Below are positions 58,901 through 64,000 of a stretch of DNA of 64,000 nucleotides, piece after piece; position 1 is the first letter of the stretch, and each line of letters starts with the position of its first letter. Source of the DNA: Acidobacteriota bacterium. GTDB taxonomy: Bacteria > Acidobacteriota > UBA6911 > RPQK01 > CBDEGM01. A program made the position numbers and the translations under genes. Below the pieces are notes generated by a model. That model ran no database searches and was not told the origin of the DNA. It worked only from the letters and a program-made list of their open reading frames with translations. Location: the NCBI GenBank assembly GCA_965237715.1, contig CBDEGM010000002.1:422-64421 (forward strand). Direction: 5' to 3'.

Positions 58901-59170
58901 ATTACCCGTTGTCTTGCCGGCATAGACCTTTCCGGCGAGCTGCTTCAGATTGAGCCCCGGTTGCCGGAACATTGGAAAGAGCTTGCCTTTAAGATCCGTC
59001 ACAGAAACATCCGATATGAACTTGAATTGAGCCAGAAAGCGATTAGCGTGAAGATAGAGGGGAAAAGGAAGCGGTCGGTCCGCATCAAAGTATTTGGAAA
59101 GGAAATTCTCCTTCGGCCGGGGAGGGCTAAGGTTGTGGCTTTCGGTGAGCCCCCCGGGCCCGCAGGTTAA
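55985..59170 (+). CDS. Beta-phosphoglucomutase-like HAD domain fused to a GH65 glycoside phosphorylase
   Basis: N-terminus ILDLDGVVT...KGKPRPDIF...[12 protein letters not shown] (PGMB type). Then GH65 blocks (..GNGYMGTRG.., ..[20 protein letters not shown].., ..[14 protein letters not shown]..). 1061 aa, TTG start. Confidence 0.88.
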   Translation: [1061 protein letters not shown]

Positions 59171-59224
59171 AGCCTGCGGCTCTGATGGACTCCGGCACAG
59201 CTAGCGGAACGACGAAAAACCATC

Positions 59225-60856
59225 ATGCCTGCTGACAAATCGTTTCCGACCATTCGGGCTGTGCTCTTTGACTTTGACGGCACCTTGACCCGACCCGAAG
59301 CTTTGGACTTTCCCGCGCTGAAACAGGCTCTCGGGTGTCCCCTTTCCCAGCCGGTCCTGGAATTCATAGCGAGCTTGCCCTCCCTTGAGAAACAACAAGA
59401 AGCGCTTCGCATTCTGCACAAGTTCGAATCGGATGCGGCGGCGGCATCACAACCCAACTCGTATGCAGAAGAATTGGTTGCGTATCTAAATTCAAGAAAT
59501 CTGACCATGGGGATTATCAGTCGTAACAGTCTCTGCTCGATTCGAAGGGCGCTGAAGAACTTCAAATCGGTACGGGTCTCTGATTTCGAGATCATCGTGT
59601 CACGCGATGATGCCGTGGAGCCCAAGCCGGACCCGGCAGGAATCGTGTTGGCAGCGGAAAAAATGGGAGTGCAGGTTGGGGAGATGCTGGTGGTGGGGGA
59701 CTTCGTTTTTGATATTGATGCGGGGCAAAAAGCGGGTGCCCCAACCGTTTTACTCACCAATGGTACTGTTGGTCCTGCCCTTGTTCCTCCGCCTGACTAC
59801 GTCGTCATGGATCTGAGTGAGGTGAAGAACATTGTGCAATTCCTTGCCCCTCTCCCGGCGGGCAAGTTACCCAACCATCTTCTCGGCCAGTTCTTGGAAG
59901 AGAGGCCTCTCGATGACGACTCCGTTTTGGTAAGGCCTGGGGTAGGAGAGGATGTTGCCGTGGTCCAGCTGGAAGGACAGGACGGACTGATTGTTCTGAA
60001 GTCGGACCCGATCACTTTTGCTACGGATCGTGTGGGCTACTACACGGTCTTGATCAATGCCAACGATGTGGCCACCTCGGGCGCTGTCCCCCGCTGGCTC
60101 CTCAGCACGCTGCTCTTTCCAGTAGGATCGAACGCCGCCCAAATTCGAGCACTCATTGAGGAACTCCAGGAGATTTCTCGCCACTTCGGGATGAGTCTCT
60201 GCGGCGGCCATACGGAGATCACCGATGCGGTCAAAAAGCCCGTCGCTGTGGGGCAGCTCATTGGTACCGTAGCCCGGAACGATCTGATTGATAAGCGCCG
60301 GATGGCGGAAGGGAACTGCATTCTGCTCACCAAAAGCATCGCCCTGGAGGGGACCTCGATCATTGCACGAGAGTTTCCCTTGAAGTTGAGAGGCCTGGGC
60401 TTGTCGGAAGATGAGATCGAAAAATGCCGGCAGTTGCTCGTGAGTCCCGGCATTAGCATTTTGGAGGAAGCCCGGATTGCCGCGAGAAGTCGGATGGTGA
60501 CCGCCATGCACGACGTCACAGAAGGAGGCTTGGCCACTGCTGTGGAGGAACTCAGTGTTGCGGGTCAGCATCGCATCCGGATCTACATGGATCAGATTTC
60601 GGTGCTTCCGGAAACGCGGCAGATCTGTGAGCTATTGGGTCTCGATCCCATGGGACTGATTGGTTCAGGGAGTCTGCTCATTGTTTGCCAGAACGATGCC
60701 TGCGAGCGGGTAATGACAGCGATCCAGGAATCTGGGATCCAGGTATCGCGCATCGGCGAGGTGCTGGGGAAAGGTTTTGGAATTGAAGCGGTTCGTAACG
60801 AGGGTGAAGGAGTGGCGTGGCCCCACTTTGATGTGGACGAATTGACACGGGTGTGA
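59225..60856 (+). CDS. HAD hydrolase domain fused to an AIR-synthase-related (PurM/HypE/ThiL-like) protein
   Basis: N-terminus VLFDFDGTLT...KPDPAG...VVGDFVFDIDAGQKAG. Then ..GEDVAVVQ..., ..DPITF.., ..NDVATSGA.P.., ..CGGHTEIT... Confidence 0.8.
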   Translation: MPADKSFPTIRAVLFDFDGTLTRPEALDFPALKQALGCPLSQPVLEFIASLPSLEKQQEALRILHKFESDAAAASQPNSYAEELVAYLNSRNLTMGIISRNSLCSIRRALKNFKSVRVSDFEIIVSRDDAVEPKPDPAGIVLAAEKMGVQVGEMLVVGDFVFDIDAGQKAGAPTVLLTNGTVGPALVPPPDYVVMDLSEVKNIVQFLAPLPAGKLPNHLLGQFLEERPLDDDSVLVRPGVGEDVAVVQLEGQDGLIVLKSDPITFATDRVGYYTVLINANDVATSGAVPRWLLSTLLFPVGSNAAQIRALIEELQEISRHFGMSLCGGHTEITDAVKKPVAVGQLIGTVARNDLIDKRRMAEGNCILLTKSIALEGTSIIAREFPLKLRGLGLSEDEIEKCRQLLVSPGISILEEARIAARSRMVTAMHDVTEGGLATAVEELSVAGQHRIRIYMDQISVLPETRQICELLGLDPMGLIGSGSLLIVCQNDACERVMTAIQESGIQVSRIGEVLGKGFGIEAVRNEGEGVAWPHFDVDELTRV

Positions 60857-60910
60857 ACTGCTACTTCCACTTCCACCTCCAATTCCATTCCCATGGCAGT
60901 GGCAGTGGTG
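60857..60910. repeat. Hexamer repeat block forming an imperfect palindrome
   Basis: ctaCTTCCACTTCCACCTCCAATTCCATTCCCATGGCAGTGGCAGTGGtg. It lies between the HAD/PurM-like stop and the IS21 copy 2 end. Confidence 0.75.
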
Positions 60911-61200
60911 TGTTAATGCTCACTGAGAACCGTAGTTTTTTGGACACCCGCCGGTAGTTAACTCAACATCATCCGCACCGCAGGTGCGCGTTTCATCATC
61001 CGCGCTTGAAAAGCGCGGGGCCATTTTTTCCTGAACAGTTGGTGTAGTGTCTGGGGGCCAAAGGTGGAAAGGACCTCGACCCTTTGACCGAGAATCGAGG
61101 TCCGGTTGTGGCAACCCCGTTACAAGTGGAGAACCACCGCAGACCTCACTGTAGCCTGTCATGATCCTGGGCTGTTGTCCAGTTCCGCCGGGACTGGACT

Positions 61201-61644
61201 ATGGCCGATCCGCTGGTTGTTTTCCGCCTCCGCTCGTGCCGCGCTGCAGGCTGCGGTGCACTGTTTTGGATCTGTCGCCGTTGCGGCCGAGGCCATCGCT
61301 ATTGCAGTGTGCGCTGTCGGCAACAAGCGCGCCGCCAGCAGTGCCGGGAAGCCAATCGGCGGCATCAACAGTCCCCCGGGGGGCGACTGGATCATCGAGA
61401 CCGTCAGCGCGCGTATCGGCGGCGGCCGGAGCGCGTGACGGATCAAGGTAGACGCGAGGATCGCATCTTCGTCAGCATGGCTGCCGTAGCCTCCCTCCAG
61501 TTCTCCCTGCCGGGAAAGGAGGGGGAGCCTCGAAAGGAGCGCCATGTCCCATCCCATGGGGAGCGTCCCCGCCGTTTTCGGGTTCGCTGTGTCGTGTGTG
61601 GTCGGTCCGGCCACTGGATCCATCTGTTTCGGGAAGGAGGGTGA
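61201..61644 (+). CDS. Cys-rich accessory ORF of IS21 (copy 2)
   Basis: Identical 147-aa product to 36871-37314. Confidence 0.55.
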   Translation: MADPLVVFRLRSCRAAGCGALFWICRRCGRGHRYCSVRCRQQARRQQCREANRRHQQSPGGRLDHRDRQRAYRRRPERVTDQGRREDRIFVSMAAVASLQFSLPGKEGEPRKERHVPSHGERPRRFRVRCVVCGRSGHWIHLFREGG

Positions 61645-61647
61645 AGC

Positions 61648-63132
61648 ATGATCGATCGAGAACTGCTCGCCCGAATCCGCCATCTTTTCCATGCCGAACA
61701 TTGGAAGATCGGGACCATTGCTGATCACTTGGGGCTTCACTGGGAGACCGTGCGCCAGGCTCTCCAGACCGATCGCTTCAATCGCCAGAAGATGGAACGG
61801 CCCCGTCTGACCGATCCCTACCTTCCCTTTATCCGAGAGACCCTGGAGCGCTACCCTCGGCTTCGTGTCACGCGTCTGTTCGAGATGCTGCGCGCCCGGG
61901 GCTACACGGGCTCGGTCGTGCAGTTGCGGCGCGTGGTGGCCACGCTGCGCCCCACCCCTCGGGAGGCCTTCCTGCGTCTGCGGACCTTCCCGGGGGAGGC
62001 GGGTCAAGCCGACTGGGCGCACTTCGGTAAAGTCCGGGTGGGCCGTGCCGAGCGCATCCTGTCCTGCTTTGTGTTCACCCCCTCCTATTCGCGGGCGCTG
62101 TTTCTGGAGTTTTGTTTTGACCAGCAAATGGAAAACTTCCTGCGCGCTCACATCCACGCCTTCGAAGACATCGGTTGTCCACGCACCATCCTGTACGACA
62201 ACACCAAAAGCGTCGTGTTGGAACGTCGGGGCGAGGCTGTTCACTTTCATCCGCGCCGGTTGGAGCTGGCCGCCCATTATCACTTTGCGCCACGCCCCTG
62301 CCACCCCTACCGGGCTTCCGAGAAAGGGCGCGTCGAAAGAGCCATCTCCTATGTGCGCCATTCCTTCTTCGCCGCCCGTCCCTTTAGCACGCTCTCAGAC
62401 TTCAACCGTCAAGCGCTCCTCTGGCGCGACCAGGTAGCGCATCGTCGGCCCTGGCCCGGCGGCGATGGGCGCACCGTCGAGGAAGTGTGGGAGGAAGAAA
62501 AAGCCTTCCTTCTTCCCTTGCCGGCTCATCGCCTGGAAACCGATCTGGTTCTGCCGGTCCGCTCCCGCAAAACCATCTACATCCGTTTTGATTTAAACGA
62601 CTATTCGATCCCGCCTTCGGCCGTGGGCCGGCCCCTGACACTGGTGGCCTCCGAGCAGACGGTGCGCATTTTGGACGGAAGCACCGAGATCGCCCGCCAT
62701 CTCCGCTCCTATGACCGCCACGACGTCCGCACCGATCCGGCTCACCAGGAAGCGCTGCTGGCGGAAAAACGCCAGGCGCTGGGGGCCACCCCCGGTGGCC
62801 GACTGCTGGCCGCCGTTCCGGAAACGGAAACCTTGCTGGACGAGGCCTTTCAGCGCGGAGAGCCCACCGGCCGCCAGACGGCCAAGCTGGTGGAACTCTT
62901 GGATCTCTATGGGGCCGAAGAGCTGCAGGCGGCGGTGCGTGAAGCCCTGCAACGGGGCACCCCGCGCGCCGCCTCGGTGGCCTTTCTGCTGGGCCGGCGC
63001 CAGCGCGCTCAGGGGCGAAAGGCGCCTCTACCCATTGAGTTGCGCCAGCGTCCCGAACTGGAGGACCTCTATGTCCAATCCCATAACCCGGAGACCTATG
63101 ACGAACTGGCTTCCGATGACGACGAATCCTGA
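61648..63132 (+). CDS. istA: IS21-family transposase IstA (copy 2)
   Basis: 494 aa, with one substitution relative to copy 1 (PRRLEL versus PRLLEL). Confidence 0.93.
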   Translation: MIDRELLARIRHLFHAEHWKIGTIADHLGLHWETVRQALQTDRFNRQKMERPRLTDPYLPFIRETLERYPRLRVTRLFEMLRARGYTGSVVQLRRVVATLRPTPREAFLRLRTFPGEAGQADWAHFGKVRVGRAERILSCFVFTPSYSRALFLEFCFDQQMENFLRAHIHAFEDIGCPRTILYDNTKSVVLERRGEAVHFHPRRLELAAHYHFAPRPCHPYRASEKGRVERAISYVRHSFFAARPFSTLSDFNRQALLWRDQVAHRRPWPGGDGRTVEEVWEEEKAFLLPLPAHRLETDLVLPVRSRKTIYIRFDLNDYSIPPSAVGRPLTLVASEQTVRILDGSTEIARHLRSYDRHDVRTDPAHQEALLAEKRQALGATPGGRLLAAVPETETLLDEAFQRGEPTGRQTAKLVELLDLYGAEELQAAVREALQRGTPRAASVAFLLGRRQRAQGRKAPLPIELRQRPELEDLYVQSHNPETYDELASDDDES

Positions 63133-63880
63133 TCTGATGCAGCTTTTGCACAAGACCGGTCTGGTGACGCTCGCCGGTGAGCTGGAGGATTTTCTGGCCC
63201 GCGCCACCAAGGGGCGCTGGTCCCCCCGTCAGATCTTGGAGGAACTGGCTCGTCGGGAGCATGAGGAGCGAGCCCAACGCAGTCTCAAGCGGCGTCTGCG
63301 CCTGGCCAAGATCGGCCGCTTCAAGCCGATGGATGACTTTGACTGGAACTGGCCGACCCGGATCGACCGGGAAGTCATTGAGCGCGCCTTTACCCTGGAC
63401 TTTATCCAGGAAGGCCGCAACCTCGTCTTACTGGGTACCAACGGCCTGGGAAAAACCATGATCATCAAGAATCTGGCTTACCAGTCCGTCCTGGCCGGCT
63501 ACTCTGTGCTCTTTCGAACCGCCCCGGAGATTCTCGACGACCTGCAATCGGAGGCGCCGGAACTGCAGCGCCGCAAGCTGAAAAAATACGCGCGCCCGCA
63601 GGTGCTCTACCTAGATGAAGTCGGCTGTCTCACCTACGACAGTGAGGCCGCCGACCTGCTCCATGAAATCGTCAACCGGCGCTATGAGTGCCGGTCGCTC
63701 GTGCTGACCTCCAACAAAGCCTTTAAGGAGTGGAATAGCGTCTTTCCCCAATCCGGCTGCTTGATTGCGCTTCTGGACCGTCTCACCCACCATGCTGACG
63801 TCACTGTGATGGAGGGGCAAAGCTACCGCGTGCGGGAAAGCGAGCAGGAAGCGGCCGCCCGTCGCAAGAAAACAAGATGA
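63116..63880 (+). CDS. istB: IS21 helper ATPase IstB (intact copy)
   Basis: [13 protein letters not shown]... Walker A GTNGLGKT, Walker B VLYLDEVG. The start could instead be the in-frame ATG at 63071. Confidence 0.88.
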   Translation: MTTNPDLMQLLHKTGLVTLAGELEDFLARATKGRWSPRQILEELARREHEERAQRSLKRRLRLAKIGRFKPMDDFDWNWPTRIDREVIERAFTLDFIQEGRNLVLLGTNGLGKTMIIKNLAYQSVLAGYSVLFRTAPEILDDLQSEAPELQRRKLKKYARPQVLYLDEVGCLTYDSEAADLLHEIVNRRYECRSLVLTSNKAFKEWNSVFPQSGCLIALLDRLTHHADVTVMEGQSYRVRESEQEAAARRKKTR

Positions 63881-64000
63881 GCACTCCCGTCCAGCGTCGC
63901 GCTCATATCCAGACCCTCTTGGCGGATTATCTCGAACTTCCCCATACGCCCACTCGAGCACGCCCGCCGGATCGGCGACTCGCCGCTCACTTCTATGACC
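63877..64000 (+). CDS. IS21 ORF4 (copy 2, partial at window end)
   Basis: Same sequence as 39547 onward ([23 protein letters not shown]..). Confidence 0.4.
   Translation, partial: MSTPVQRRAHIQTLLADYLELPHTPTRARPPDRRLAAHFYD

Larger units (their letters stand above)
60911..64000 (+). mobile_element. IS21-family insertion sequence, copy 2 (right end beyond the window)
   Basis: Collinear with 36582-39963 with a handful of substitutions and a T5/T6 difference (36695-36699 versus 61024-61029). The expected end is about 64293. Confidence 0.9.

Noticed and set aside
59167-59760. 197-aa minus-strand ORF overlapping the GH65 stop and the HAD/PurM-like gene start
   Set aside because: It is antisense to a motif-supported HAD domain and has Ser/Ala/Arg-rich low-complexity composition.

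Overview
No database or tool searches were run. All family calls come from motif recognition in the supplied ORF translations, and all boundaries come from manual alignment of repeat copies within the window. GC statements are by eye.

This 64-kb window comes from a Gram-negative-type bacterium of roughly mid-50s % GC. Supporting gene content includes a PEP-CTERM protein, a LolA-like/FtsX ABC exporter and a lipoprotein FGE.

Ordinary chromosomal genes are present: initiator tRNA-fMet, cca, thiI, arsC, a CPA2 antiporter, pckA, an SDR, tpx, an M28 peptidase, a flavin reductase, a GH65 phosphorylase locus and a HAD/PurM-like fusion.

These genes are interleaved with a very heavy load of mobile DNA:
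- IS256 family, 2 copies
- an IS5/ISNCY-like element, 2 copies
- IS1380 family, 3 copies
- IS630
- IS21, 2 copies
- IS1634, one degenerate copy plus one solo end
- IS1595, 2 copies, both carrying passenger genes
- IS30
- one group II intron
- two MITE families

Many of these are nested inside each other, with recognisable target-site duplications. Many genes are decayed by frameshifts or in-frame TAG codons.

The core intergenic regions carry unusual short tandem heptamer and hexamer repeats that run into coding termini.

The best candidate for a new system is the cargo of the IS1595 element at 43025-45652. It is a YwgA/Panacea-like small protein followed by an orphan HslV/proteasome-beta-like Ntn hydrolase, downstream of a perfect palindromic operator.
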